This document shows positions 1 through 13,788 of a DNA stretch of 64,000 bases, piece by piece. The notes under the pieces were generated by a model. That model worked only from the letters and a program-made list of their open reading frames with translations. It did not search any database and was not told the DNA's origin. This DNA is from Ptychomitrium polyphyllum (Eukaryota). The DNA is taken from contig OZ316775.1 in assembly GCA_973851085.1 (NCBI GenBank), positions 10,292,001 through 10,356,000 of the forward strand, in the 5' to 3' direction. Within the stretch, counting starts at the first letter, position 1; the number at the start of each line of letters is the position of its first letter. Made by a program: the position numbers and the translations under genes.

Positions 1-984
1 CATGACTGTTCATGAGTTTAGAATTGAAAATGCCAATGATTTAGTACTCTAGACCTTCAAAGATATTGCAGTGCTTGCTCAGATCGCTGTTACTAACCAA
101 AGCCTCTACAAAAACAGCACAGATCTCGTCCGTGTAGAGTTCGCAGCTATAGAGAAAGATTGCGCAAATTTAGAGTCTGTTTTTCCTGATTCGTGGAACC
201 AAAGTCAGAATTTAAAAATCCCGTGATCCAGAAGCAGTCACAAAGTATATTTGAAGGGGGCTGCCCCTAAAGGTACCGAAATTTGACTTTACCGACACCG
301 TTAGAACATAAGTGACATAAGAAGGCAGCAAATTCTAGCCATGAGTATGGCAACGTCATCCTATGGTATTTTATAAAAACAACCAAGCTATATCATATTT
401 TGCGAGCGACATACACTTCGAAGCTTTGAAATACGTCAATCATCTGCGATCACTTCGTTAAAGACTGGCTTGCAACGCATCACTTTTGCAGACTAGATAC
501 TCGAAACTTGCACTCAATCAAACAGCACAAATCTCCACTGAATCCATCATTGTTAACTACTTCCTCGAACCAGCTGAAATAGAAGTCCTCAAAATCTATG
601 CACAAAAGAAAACTGCAACAAAATTGCAACCGGATTTGACGAAATGCAGGGTGCATAGCACTCGGCTATGCAACACACGAATAATCAATTTTAGACTGCG
701 ATTCTCTACATGACGATGTTGCTGCCATGAGCTCAAAGAAGTTAAGGAACCATAGAAGCAAAATCGTGTTATAAACAAACCGCCGAAACAACCGCTCACC
801 GATCGACCTATCATTCAAATACACAGAAGAAATTACCGACATGACACAGAAAAGGTTGTATTCACAAACCGACTTTCACCAATCAACAGAACAATAAACA
901 AATTGCTGAAATACAAGGAAGGACGTGATGCCTCGTTGATAGAAGTCCAAGTTCAACTTCCTCTGCACTTTCCGTACAGTTATA

Positions 985-1935
985 CTACACTTCTTCAGGG
1001 ACGCCGGAAGATTTCTCATGCCGAAGGTCAAGTAGCATATCCGTAAACACACTTTCAAAGTCTGGCATCTTGGCGTACCCGGGGAAGTAGTTGATGTCAA
1101 TCACATGGTAATGGTTACCAGCTCCGGAATCTTTGATCACATCGAAATTAAACAGATGAAGTCCAAGGCCCTCCCGCAATCCATTCGCTACCTCTACAAT
1201 GAAGGCTGCATTTGGCAGCTCCGCCTTGGCGACGTTCTCGTCCATGGTCGCCCCTGAAACCATGTTAGAAATTTGGGAGAAGGGCAGGGGCTCCTCAGTG
1301 CTGCTCACCTGGTCCTCATGCACATCAGGGAGGGACTTCCGCCGCACGCATTTGATGTACTTTCCGGCGACATATACTTTGAAGATGACTCCGCCATGGT
1401 TGACGAACTCTTGGAGGACCATGGGAGGGTTGAGCTTGTGAAGGCCCTTGGTGTTGACGAGCAGGAACATGGCGTGAGAGGTGGCGCTGCCGTCTGCTAC
1501 CATGGGCTTGGCAATTACGGGGAATGTCAGTTCCGCAATGACGTTCTCGTCGTTGAAGGCTTCAGCGCTGTCGACGATGAGTTGCTTGGGAATACCGCAC
1601 GTGCCGAGCCCTTCGGAGATTTGGAGATGGTGGACAGCTTCGAGCATGGAGACGCGGTTCTGGAGCTTGTCGATTGCGGCCGGGGGGTCGACGAGGATGA
1701 CGTGCGGGTGGCGATCCTTATACTCGAGGAGCTGCTGAGTCCACTCCTTCCCTCCGTGCTTGTGGATGATTGCGTCAAACGGGCCCTGATCCTCTAGGGG
1801 CTTGGCCATGTCGACGCGCACCAGGTTTACGCCCTTGCTCTTCGCGTGCTCCACCAGCGACGGCTGGATGAAGCTCTTCACCTTCTTGTCGGCTAATGCG
1901 TACCCTACCACCATCGTCTCTCCCCCTGACGCCAT
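985..1935 (-). CDS. ITPK: Inositol-tetrakisphosphate 1-kinase / Ins(1,3,4)P3 5/6-kinase (ATP-grasp fold), single coding exon, 316 aa
   Basis: Family motifs VGYAL..KKVKSF, QGPFDAIIHK, FPVIAKP.VADG, QEFVNHGGVIFKVYV, LFNFDVI and VIDINYFPGYAKMP. The first ATG is at 1935 (gccATGg). The ORF track start at 1947 is a TTG just after a splice acceptor. Confidence 0.95.
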   Translation of the reverse strand: MASGGETMVVGYALADKKVKSFIQPSLVEHAKSKGVNLVRVDMAKPLEDQGPFDAIIHKHGGKEWTQQLLEYKDRHPHVILVDPPAAIDKLQNRVSMLEAVHHLQISEGLGTCGIPKQLIVDSAEAFNDENVIAELTFPVIAKPMVADGSATSHAMFLLVNTKGLHKLNPPMVLQEFVNHGGVIFKVYVAGKYIKCVRRKSLPDVHEDQVSSTEEPLPFSQISNMVSGATMDENVAKAELPNAAFIVEVANGLREGLGLHLFNFDVIKDSGAGNHYHVIDINYFPGYAKMPDFESVFTDMLLDLRHEKSSGVPEEV

Positions 1936-1950
1936 GGCTTCACCCAAACC

Positions 1951-2374
1951 CTACAAAACGAACCCACAACAGAACTCAATCCCACTCCGCAATCAACATC
2001 CCGACCACATGCACCACAAATTGATGATCTCCCAATGCGAGATAGCACTGTGCCCTCAAACACACAAGAAGCCTCCTACTCGTGATCGAATCAACCCTCG
2101 CGCATCCCCTGAATCTGCCGTCTCACAATAATAACCAAGATTCCACTCTACTACAGTAACTCGCTCACAATGCGCTTCACCTCACACTCGATCTTACAAA
2201 AATAAACCGCCTCTGAGGTTCGATTTACTCCCCGCGCCAATATCCTCGCCCACCCCACCTCTCAGAAACTCAAACTCCAGAAATCCACACTCGTTTTAAA
2301 ACCCTAACGAAACCCATCACAAAGATCCAAACCAACATCTGAATGAACTTAAAATCGCAACACAATTAACTTAC
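1951..2374 (-). other. Probable 5' UTR intron of ITPK
   Basis: Minus-strand donor CAG|GTAAGT at 2374 and acceptor TTTTGTAG| at 1951, 15 nt upstream of the ATG. Confidence 0.6.
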
Positions 2375-2929
2375 CTGAAAAAAAAAAACGACCAACACTT
2401 GTTGATGATGCGCAGCGATCCCTCCAAAGCTGCTTCAAGTGGGTTCAAGAGTCAGAAAAATCTCGACCCGTATTTCCAGTTGCACTATAGAATCTTGATG
2501 AATCCAGGACACCAACTCTGACAATGAGTTCTCCTTCGTGGTCTCCGAAATTTGCTCGCAAGCATGACGCTAATGTCCCTCGCGTTTTGTTTCCAAGTCA
2601 ACGCCATCAATCGAATCTGCACCACACAAAACCCTCAAGCCCTCTCATCTGAGCCGTCTCTTGGGCATTCTAAACTTACATGGTTGAATGTGTAGAGCAA
2701 TTGTGCACGTGATGTCGCGATCGAATTCTCTTGCTGCCAATAGATTTGATGCTCGAGCATTTGTCCTGCAGCAATCGAGTCTGGCTTCAATCCTTGACGT
2801 CTCCACTTGTCAAGGTAAGGCAGACCAGCAATGGTTGTAGCTTAGCTTCTTCCCATTTCACGTTACCCTGCAGAATGCGGTGGAAAAGGACTCTGGTGTA
2901 AAGTGGCCGCAGAGGAATTCCAGTAAACT

Positions 2930-5900
2930 CACGGATGGAAAGCAAAGCAAACCAAACTGGTTGGCTGTATCACAACTCTTGATGGAGTCTTTTGTGGACA
3001 GCCATGTGTGAATTTCAATTCACATCTCTTGTATAATCCAGCCACATCCCATCCCCTGCACACTAGCAACGGATCTATCATCTCCAGCAGCACATGCAAA
3101 TGGAAGCTTGAGCATTCGACATTCAATCATAGGTACTTTCAGTGGAGAAAAGTATGAAGCTGCGCATGTTGCACTGACTCTTCGAAAAATTTCATCAGAT
3201 GCTTCCATTGAGTTTGACGGCAAAAACTGGCCCTACTGAGACCACTGCATACCGACTATAGGATGCACTTACTCATTGACATCTTTCGAAAATGTTGTGT
3301 GAAGGGTTTATGACAGTGAACTTTTGACATGTTCAGGTGTCACAGAGTGGAGTTAGTGAGAGCGATCGAAGTTGGGTCCCTTGGATCCCACGTGGTGTGT
3401 GTGTGTGTGTGTTTTCGTTCAACTGCAGGCGTGTCAACACAGAAAGCCATCTTTGGACGATCATAGATTTACTGCCCTTCTTCCTCTGAGGTCGAGTAGA
3501 GAACGAGCTTTGGTTTTATGATTTTATTAAAAAATCAAGTGTGGAACACACAAACGATATGCAGTATTACTGAGCTGTAGGACCATGTCGTTCTCAACCG
3601 TGAACTTTTTTTGGGACACATTACACTTTGCCATACTTGGAGTGAAGCCCTGGGCTGGTATACATTATGCTATAGTTACTGCTAGCAAGTTGGCCCTGTC
3701 ATCAGGGAGAGTTGGTGGTATTCTAACAACCTAAAACCATGACCTTATATATCTGCACAAAAATAAGTGCACACCTTCTTTTCCTCTTGTGGAGGTGGTA
3801 CAGCCTCTGCAAGGTTAGGTTCTTTCGGAAGCAATCCCAGCTTTTGTCGTCACTCTGCTTCATCACCTTCAACACCTACGATACTTCTCCTCTTTGAAAC
3901 ACTGGCTTGAGGTCCCGCATGGAGAAAGAAGTTAACTGCTGTATGCACACTCGCTATTGCAGATACGATACGATAGTGAACTTCACCTAAAGTTAAGCAT
4001 TTCAGAGAATAAAAGCCAAAGTTCGATTATATCTTCGTATGCAAAGACTGACGAAAAAGAGGTTGAGATATGTTTCAGGCTCCACTCATCCTTGATTAGA
4101 GCTTGCTGCCCACAATTTGCCTTGACATCCACATGCAAGCAATGGAGACTTTCGTGAGGGTTTCACTTGAATTACTGAAGAGATTGCATTAGAAGGATCC
4201 AAAGGGAGCAATGTATTATTCAAATGTGCACGACATGCTTCTGCAGGGCATTGTAAATGTAGAACGTTGTTCTTGCGATATTGGGAAAATAACATTTGAA
4301 TTGAAATGTACATTACATCTCTCAAGGCCAGCTGTGCAAGGGCCTTGTCCTACTTAAGCTGGTTTCTTACTACTACCCTTTTGCACATCATTATGACAAC
4401 AAGAGTTTGTTATGTGGGTGCTCATTGCTGACCACCCTCCTACAGCCCCTTTGAGCCAACAAGGGCTCTAGCAAATCACTTTCCATTGCCTGCATGTGAA
4501 TATGGTCATTGCTTGCTACATAAGGACATAGTGTATATAAACAACGGGCTCTTAACAATCTTAGCAGATAAGGAAAAAATAAATAGGAACAAAACAATGC
4601 ACAAAAAAACTCTTCATAGTGTAGACTCCATTAAAACTCCACGTCCTACATTATTATGAACATGCATATTTTTCAAGTACTGAGGTAATATCAACTTGCC
4701 TCAGACATCCAACATGACAATCCTCCCTGTTGTAAACACAACTGAACTTTTCATGAACCTGGTTGAACAATCTTTCAAGGATAGCAGTAGACAATGCTAC
4801 ATCAAGAAATCTCAAAGTACCTAAGTTGTAGGGAACTACATTGAAGCTCAATGTAGAAAGAGACATATCTGCAAAAAAAAGCACTGAAGAAGACATAGCA
4901 GTGTTTCATCAGCTGGATTGCCCAGGGAGAGGCTGATGTAAGCATGAGATGTTGAGAGTGCCCATCACAACCCGTCAACATAACATGAAATGTTGACAGA
5001 TTGTGATGGACATTCACAATACCACTGCCAGCTGCTTGCGGTCTAATCTTCCTGAACCAGGTCATTTCTTGCACTTTCTTTTGGATTTGTTGTGCTACCT
5101 TGGCTGCATTCAACAAAAGAACAATTGGGTGAATTAACACAATTCTTCTATGAGCTCTGCAGCATAAACTCTCACTTCTAGTGCTACCCAGCCAAGCAGG
5201 GATATAAAAGTCGAACGGCTATTAAATATATCATTAGATATTCCATGCATGTTGCAAACTTATCAATGATAATCACCATGCTGCTCTTTACAACAACAGC
5301 ATCCCCTCCAGCAAGAGACTTTACCTGCCTATCATAGCTCCAGATCAATCAAGCAGACTCATATAGGAAAAAATTGAAGTTGATTCATAAAGATAGGTCT
5401 TGTTCAATTTTATGGCATAAACTATTTCTCCTATTGAGTACTACAAATGAGAAAAAGAATTCAAAGACACAATTAGGACCAGGGTGTCAACACTAGTGGG
5501 AGTGAGCTCTGAATCAAATACTGCAGTTCTTCCCATATCCTCCAGGAAATCACAAACTCATAGGACCAGTGCACAGCTTCACACAAGACTCTACTACAAG
5601 CCTGATACTTAAGTACCCAATCAACAAATTATGATCATGAGAATATTCACATTCTGGAAGACACTAACATAGTATGATCTCAATCTGAAAACAACAGTAA
5701 GGCCACTTGAGCCTCCATCTTGTTTCCATAAGTTTTCCATGAAAAGGGCCATTAGACTCAGAGTACTGAAATGCATGCTGCAATAGAATCGCTCAGAAAC
5801 TAACTCAGAGATAGCCAGAAGAGGGCCCCGTTATGGTACCTTGAAACAGTGAAGGTCCGAAATCTGATGAACACTGCTCTACATGAAGTGGACTCTAAGT

Positions 5901-8240
5901 GCAGGAGCTGGTTGGCAGCCTGAGGTATGGGTGGGAGTGGAAGAATAAGGCAGGACTGCGGTGTATATATAATAGATCAGGGCAGAGAAAGAGGGCGTCC
6001 CTGGGGTGCAATAATCATCATGGACTAGATGGGAGGGCAGCCATGCTAGCCATGAGGACAAGTACAATGCCAACAAAATTAATGTGTCTGGACAGGTCTG
6101 TTGAAGTTTCCATCAAGAGGCAGCTTCATGAGGTCTTGAATTGGGCTCAAGAGCTTAATCTGCTTCAAACCAAGATTAGTATCAGATTCAGATAATCAGC
6201 TGCTAAAGACAAACAGGCACAAAAGAGCCAAAGAGGCAGGGTGAGAAGTGTAATATCACGTGAGGTGGAGGTTTAGAGAGGAAAGAAAGAGACAAAGGAA
6301 ATGGAAGGAGGGGAAGATATGGGGTTTAAGTGGGAGATTTGAGACTCAGAGAGCAGCAAAGACTATCTTGAGTAGAATATTGCCCAATGTACCACAAGTG
6401 GCCAATTCATGCATGTTAACTGCAACAAACTGGGTCCAATAGAAAATCACTCTTAGCAAAAGTCAAATATGAACCTAGTTTTAAATATGATCAGACTTAT
6501 GCTGCAATTTTGCATAATTGTAGCATACATGTGAAGGACTTGGCAATGCAGACTTACTAACAGTGTAGTGTTGTACACTGGGTTTTATTACAGTCTAGAT
6601 ATATGGTAGAGCTGATGAGATAATGAGATAATTCCAATATGTACCACCCAGGAGCACACCTTTCATTAACAGCACATTAATCCATATCACATCAGTCTTA
6701 AATGAGGAAAATTAAATGACTTGTGAGGCCTAAGCATAAGTTCTAGTAATACATCCTGGCTAGTTCAATGATTGGCCACCTCACGGTGGGTTGCACATTT
6801 TGCATTTTGCACCAATCATGTTCTCTGGAATCCTCCTAATAACTTGCTGCTTTTGGGTTCTGGATATCAAGCTAACCCCATGTACACTTGAGATTATTAA
6901 GCTCGTGCAGGTTCTTACACAGGCAACACAACAAGAACAAGGAACAGGCAATATTGATTTAAGGAAATCTATAACCCAGAACGGTACATACAATTGTTGT
7001 GATGATGTTCTCGACAACTCTGAGGTCAAGGCATTCTTGAGATCTTGCCTTTAGATTGATATGAATCTAATAAAATGTTAAAACTGATAGAAGCCTGCTT
7101 GGGTGGACTGTGGTACCACTACCTTGATCATGTTCAAGCTGACAGTGTACTGCATTTCCCAGAATTCTGTGCAAGCAATAAAGGAAAGAGACTAAAACAA
7201 ATACATCAGCTCCTGTGGGTAAAGCCTGCCCATGTGGAAAAAGGCAAGGGTATGTAAATGCTGCTCATCAAGCCGCATCACATTGTAACCAGATGCCTAG
7301 ATGTTTTGTGAACTGGTTCCTGTACTGCGCTCCTACATACCTTGCCTCTTCTTGGCTCTCATGCTGTCTTTAGTTCAATTTAAATTACTTGTAGAGCAGA
7401 GTTGACATGAGGAGCTTTCAGGTCACTGGCCATAATGTTAAACAGAGCCTTGGCAGGAGTACAACTGGAGACTGGCACCCTACATTTAGTAGTTGGTACT
7501 AAGCTGCTCTTGTCAACCAGCCAATTTTGAGCCCTTTCCTGGTGAAAACATTGAGGTGCTCCATAAGACAAACTACTGACAAAACAGAAGTTTGCAGTGA
7601 CTGCTTCACTAAATATTCCCAACAATGTTAAGGTTCCTGCACACATCACGTGAGTTAAAATTGAGAAGGCAAGACCTAGTGGAAATACTTTAAGAAAATA
7701 GAGATCGTATCCTCTAGATAAAAGAATGAAATACAACTTCTGTACACACAGCAACCAACACAAACATCCTATGCACAGAAAGGAGGATTAATCTGTCATC
7801 TCACATGTACAGCACAAAACCCTGTGTTCTAGATACAAACCTCAATGTCCTGAGCACCTGTCAAACTTCATGATCACCCTCAGATCCTCAAAACCCTCAA
7901 CTATACTTATAACAGTCTGCACTTCATTGGCAACCACCAATACAAACCAGGTTTCTATCTCACCACCACCAGATTGAGCACAACTGCAGTACCCTATATA
8001 AAGACAAAGGCCATGATTATCATATGAAAGGCTACCATATAGAGACTTCTGAAGACGACAACAAGCACATGAGCTGGAATTGAATATGGTTCAAGTGGAG
8101 AATTCATGACTAAGGTTAAAAGGGCAAAATGCTTGACCGCAAATAAAGGATAATGGGGAAGCTCAACAAGGAGCCACGTGTTGTGTTTGTATATCAGTCC
8201 GCTGTAACCAGCATCCCAGGCAAGACCATGTTTTGTGCTG
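2930..8240 (-). pseudogene. Decayed multi-exon gene of unknown identity
   Basis: Several minus-strand blocks bounded by (T/C)AG and GT signals translate to protein-like peptides with scattered stops, e.g. GPQASVSKRRSIVGVEGDEAE*RQKLGLLPKEPNLAEAVPPPQEEKK (~3775-3912), an exon at ~7341-7636 and a 67-codon open block at ~8036-8237. The region looks CpG-poor by eye. No family was recognised. Confidence 0.35.
3395..3412. repeat. (GT)9 microsatellite
   Basis: Read directly from the sequence. Confidence 0.9.
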
Positions 8241-10541
8241 AAGAATAAATGTGTTTAGGTGAGGGATTGGAGGAATGATTCTTATTGCTAATTCTCAAAT
8301 CTCACATAATCCTATCAGCCTGGGAGGCTGGGACCATACAAAACCCCTTTCAGATTTTTATTCCCTCAGCTTGTCTGTGTTCAAGCACTTCTAAGCAATG
8401 ATTTTATTGATACAATACTGAGCAGGTTTGTGGCATCCAGTTAGACGATATTTTTAAAAACTGGGTGATTAGATGATTGAATGATTGGATGGTTAGTGCA
8501 ACCATGGCAGAAAATCCCAAGACAAGTATGTGCTTGAGTTTTAGCATCCCCGTTACAGCTAGGTCACACATAGATCATTGTTTCTCTATGTATTCCTTTT
8601 GCATGATTAGTTCATGCTTTTAACATTCCATGTTTTCTGCCTACCACCTGTGACTACTTGAAATTCAACACCTGGCTTCCTTGTCACATGGTAATTTTGT
8701 ATGTGTTTCATTTAAAAGACTGCAGATCCTTCATGTTTTTCTAGCATCGTTGATGAGAGGTCTTATCGCAATTGCTATCCAAGCATAAGGTAAATGCTAG
8801 CAAGTTATTATATTCACTTTCTTTTACTCAATTTTATTGTCTCTATTCTTCATACCACCACTGCCTGACTTCACATGATTTGATCTTTATGCCACCTTAT
8901 ACATGTTGTGCCACCTTGTATAAACCCTTCAACATTAGTCATCATTCAGAATGGTAATTATTTGTACTATTTTGGATGATGCAATAAGGACTCCAATTTC
9001 TAAATGTGTATGATTATGGCTGATAATTTGTAAATATACACACCTGCAATTCAAAAATTATACATGCCATAAAATCTTAATCTACAATAGCACCATAGCT
9101 TTTTTTTAGTATTTATGAATACAGGTTTTATAACTAATAATTTCAGAAGAATATAATTTATAAGTAGATCACCACATAAACAATCAATTTTCAAATATTT
9201 TAAAGAACATTGGATCTTGCATCTTGAATTAAGGATAATACATAAATTTTAATTATATAATAAAGCATTAAAATTTCAAGCTAGAATATTATGGTATTTT
9301 GACAATTTCAAATAAAAATTGGCATCACTTGAAAAAACTAATCAATTTTTAAACTATCAATGGATATTATAGAATTTTAATTAAAAATTTTAATTTTCTT
9401 TTAGTAAATCCTGTAATTATATATTTTTAAAATATATCTTATCAACTAGTTTTAAAGAATAAGTTCTATAACTATTCATTTAAAAAAATTAAATGCTATA
9501 GATTAAATTATATAGAAGAAAGTTAATGAAAAATAAAAAGTTGACAATTGAAAGAGCCAAGATTTGCAATTTTTTTTAATGGATTTTAAGGGATAATGAT
9601 CTTTATTACAAATTGCAAATTGCAACTCTACTAGGCCAAATACAAATTATTAGTTGAATATGCAAATTGCATCTTATTCACGTGATAAAACATTTGCATG
9701 TAACAATTTGGTATAATAGACTCAATATATCAGAAAGTAAACAATGCTCTTTTTTAGTTTTTTAATTTGGATCATTTAATATTTTGGTAATATTTCTACT
9801 TATTTTGGTAATAACCTCATCTATTTTTATAATAATTCCACTTGTTTTGGTAACAACTTCACTCAAATGTCTTTGAATTTATACAGTTTTATAAATTTGA
9901 CATATTTGGAAATTATTTGTAAAACATTTGAACTTCAAATTATTTGCAAATTAATGGTTTTTTTTGTGAATGTAAATAGGATGTTGATTCTTTATATTAT
10001 TACATTCATTATAGAGAAAAAAAACAATTTGAAACTATAATAATAACATGTTAAAATTCAAATAAAATCAATTTGAAATGCATATTTTATAAATCATTTA
10101 AATTCAAATCATTGACTTTTGGCAACTTTGACTCATTTATTGATAAAAGACTTGTTATATAGCTTCAAAAACATGAAAATCATTGTTGACAAAATTAATT
10201 CCTTTCTAATCAACTTCATTTTCCAAATTATTTTGAGACTTTAAAATTTTCCAATATAATCAATATGATATTTTATTCTCTTTTTGAATTGCACAAAATT
10301 ATTTACACTAATATGGAGTTAATAAAAATTTATAAGTTCAATTAATTTTTTACATTCTATTATACAAAAAAATTATATTTATAGTGTTTTTTGAATTCTT
10401 TATTTATTTTTTAATATTCTTCAAAAATTATAAGATTATTCAAAAATATAAATATAAACATGCTTTTAATACAAGAAAGATATATTATTTATTAAAATCA
10501 TATTATATTGAATAAAAAACATATATACATACCAAAAAAAA

Positions 10542-10545
<4 letters not shown>

Positions 10546-10585
<40 letters not shown>
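10546..10585. repeat. (AT)~20 microsatellite in an AT-rich spacer
   Basis: Read directly from the sequence. Confidence 0.95.
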
Positions 10586-10588
<3 letters not shown>

Positions 10589-12204
10589 TAAATACAAATA
10601 CTTGGATTTATTGCTTATTTATTGACATGTGTGTATATTTGTAATTACAACAAATATAATAAGCATATCATCAAAATTTGCTAAATTGTAATTATTATTG
10701 CTGAAGCAAAAGTCTTGTAAAAATACAAGACTATGCAAATATATTATCTATTTCAATTTAAGATGCAATAGTCTTACATTCTTTGAGATGCAATAATCAT
10801 AATGCCTTGTAAATTAGAAACACAAAGTAATGGAGAATTAAACATTAAACTTATGCTAGTCCTTCAAAAGGAATTAAAGATTTTATTTTAAATTCTTTTC
10901 CCCCTTCCTTGCAATAATATTTTCTTCAAAATGAAGTCATTTAAAATTTGTCTATTAAATAATATATATTCAATCTTTATTATATAGTAGTAAATTTTAT
11001 TTAAATTGATGTCATATATTTTTATAGCTACTCTTAGTATCAAAGCTGTTTTAAATAGATTTTTTTTTCAATAATCACATTTTTTTTTATAAAATTGCTA
11101 ACAAATAGCACAAAATTAATATATCCCTAAAGTCCTTTATAAAATAATTAAGAATTTTATCACAAATTAATTACATGAGAATGTAATCCCATCCAATCAA
11201 CAATAATAATCATAGTAGGGTATCACATTTTCTATATAAATGTAGCTTATAACCATTCTATCCCTAAAAATTCTTTTTGGTTTCCTCCCATTTTATATGT
11301 AAAAATCTTTTTCCCTTATTCTTTATCCATTGATTTGTGGTATAATATAGTATATACTTCCTTTCTGGAGGCACTAGTCTAGCACTCTTGGTCTATATGC
11401 TATGATGTAATCCATGTACTCTCTACGTTACTCAAATTGTTTCAAACCTTTTCAAACTTTCAAATAATAATTCAAATACAAACATCTCTTTGCAACCACT
11501 TCCTTTCATTAAGACATTGATTGTGATTGACAGGTACGTCTGAGTGCCGAATTACATCCTGTTATGGTTGTGGTTGTTGGCAGACTCATTACTTTTAAAA
11601 CCGTGATCACAGCTTAGCAGCGTCCAACCAATTATTCACTGTAATGAGTCTCCCAACAACCATTACCTGGTACACACCAGTGTAATCAGGCACTTCACTC
11701 ATGCCGGCCACTCAAAAGGGGCGGCAGTCGTTTTTTCTTTGTACAGTATCTGGTGACTCACGATCACTCTTCACAATTTAGTGTTGGTTTTTTATCATGG
11801 CGAATGAAGGTGCCACTCTCAAACCACAACAAACGCTCTGTGATCCGTCGTACCTGGTCCTCACAACTGTGATACAATGGCACCTCTACCTGAACCGAGA
11901 GTTTTGGCTTCTTTAGATGCATGATACTGCACCTGTTCTCTGCCATTTTCAGCTAACAGTCCAGTTGAGGTGGTGTATTCACTTTTGAGCTATATCAGAT
12001 GCTCGAAGAATTCAGCTAAGTATTCTACGCACTACATGTCCTCTGACTATTGGAGCTGTACAGTAACTCCTCGCGTCGCAATGGAGAGACTCTAGCATTC
12101 AAGATCATCTTTCAGTTGTGCTCGGAATGTAGGTCATTGAAGACGGACTCTCAGAGACAGTCAGGAACACTCAGTGCTGAGAGCCCTAATCGAGATTCTC
12201 CGCA

Positions 12205-12260
12205 ATGCTTGTCCGAGAGTGCTGTATGTTTATGCTTGTCCGAAAGTGCTGTATGTTTAT
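12205..12260. repeat. 27-bp tandem duplication (atgcttgtccgaRagtgctgtatgttt x2)
   Basis: Copies start at 12205 and 12232 and differ by one base. Confidence 0.9.
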
Positions 12261-13298
12261 TCTGATCATGACGGGAATCCTGAGCTCTATAATCGACACA
12301 TATGCAACTCTAAGATCCTCGCTTGGATATTGTCTACCTCTTGATTCACGGCACACTTGTTTGAACTGCTGGTATTGTGGGAACGTACAGCTCCTGAGAA
12401 GGTGAGTGTGCTGTGACGTGGAACTTCCCTCATCCCACTTCACTTGCCATTAAATTATATGCCTTACTTGACACCAAATCTGTTCTTATTGATCTTGGTT
12501 GAATTTTTGATTCTTTTGATTCGTTTGTAAGTAAATTTCATTGCAACGAGAAGATCACGTCTGAATTTAGCTTTCGTTCAAGTTCCAGGCAACAAATATT
12601 TTCGGGTGGAGCACCTTCTGTTAGCTTTGCTCTGAATGACATTCTTGGTTTTATAACGGATTCTCAGCTAAACTGTACGGTTAGATCTTTGTGATCAAAT
12701 CTCAAACATCCTTAAATGAGTTCAAACATTGCTATGTTCATTGCAAGTAAGCTTGGGAAGGCTCACAAATGAGAACATACTTGATCATGAGCATTACGTT
12801 GGGCGTTAATTATCTAGGTCAGTTCTTCACTGTTGACGACAGATCGTATCAAGCACTGGGCTAACTGTCATTTATTTTGATTTCTGTTGTTTCATCAGTC
12901 CTCAAAGGAACAAAAGGTCTTTGTGGGTGTTTGTATTTTAATAGATGGTATTTTTATTTTATCCAACAAAGAGTTTTTGTTGGATTTGGAACGGCTCCTC
13001 ACATCCATCCTCCAAGTCCACCACAAAAGCTTCTGTAGTAGTTCAAAACGACTATTTATTACTGTTACTCCTTAAGCGCAAGATCACCGCTTTTCAGGAT
13101 ATGCCTACTGGTTGGCACAATTTGCTTGGCTATCAGACTGTTCAATGACAAGAAATCTTAAATTCATTTTGGAGAAAACAAATCTAAGTTCTTCTATATG
13201 ACTATCTTTCCCTAGTATCTTGTGTCTATCTCTATTATCAAATCGGTTCACAAAGTGTCACTTCGATACAACATGCAAAAGCACCTAACGTTGTTAAA

Positions 13299-13678
13299 TT
13301 GGCCAATCCCTGCTACTTGACCGCCAAAAATAATGTGGATGTAATTACAAATAAGTGTGAAAAACAGGGTTGGCCAATCCAACAAATATGGCGCTACTTA
13401 AACATTCATAATCCTCGATTGAGCGTCTTTTCACATCTGACAGTGAGGAATCTCCTCCAACCGTCAGTGATTTGATTTCCTTTCCTGCCACCCATGCTTG
13501 CTGTTGCTTCCCTAATTGGAGAATCCAAAGGGGTGCTTATCGATCTTCCAATGGAAGATCGTCTGGAGTGACCACAATGGCGTCTCTTGAATCACAGCCG
13601 AGTCATGAAGCTATGCTAAGTCGTCGCTTCACGGAAACCAATGAACAGAACTAAAGGCTCTAGACGAGAAGGTATAAA
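13299..13678 (+). promoter_or_regulatory. Putative promoter of the protamine-like gene
   Basis: TTGGCCAATCC occurs twice (13299, 13370). AACCGTC at 13459 is GACGGTT on the minus strand. TATAAA at 13673 lies about 115 nt before the ATG. Confidence 0.45.
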
Positions 13679-13788
13679 GCTCCATGCTTAGATCGAACAC
13701 AACCACAAGTTCTGGTAAGAGTGTCACTGCTGATCTATAAGCTCATAGTACTGCTGAAAGATTTTGAAAGAAATCAAGGTTGCTCAAG

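Noticed and set aside
1199..1797. Plus-strand ORFs (80-174 aa) over ITPK
   Set aside because: Antisense shadows of a GC-rich coding sequence.
8950..11500. Very AT-rich block as a possible element
   Set aside because: No termini, ORFs or recognisable structure beyond microsatellites.
11520..13150. Short ORFs and splice-like signals upstream of the protamine-like gene
   Set aside because: No coherent gene model or recognisable motif could be built.
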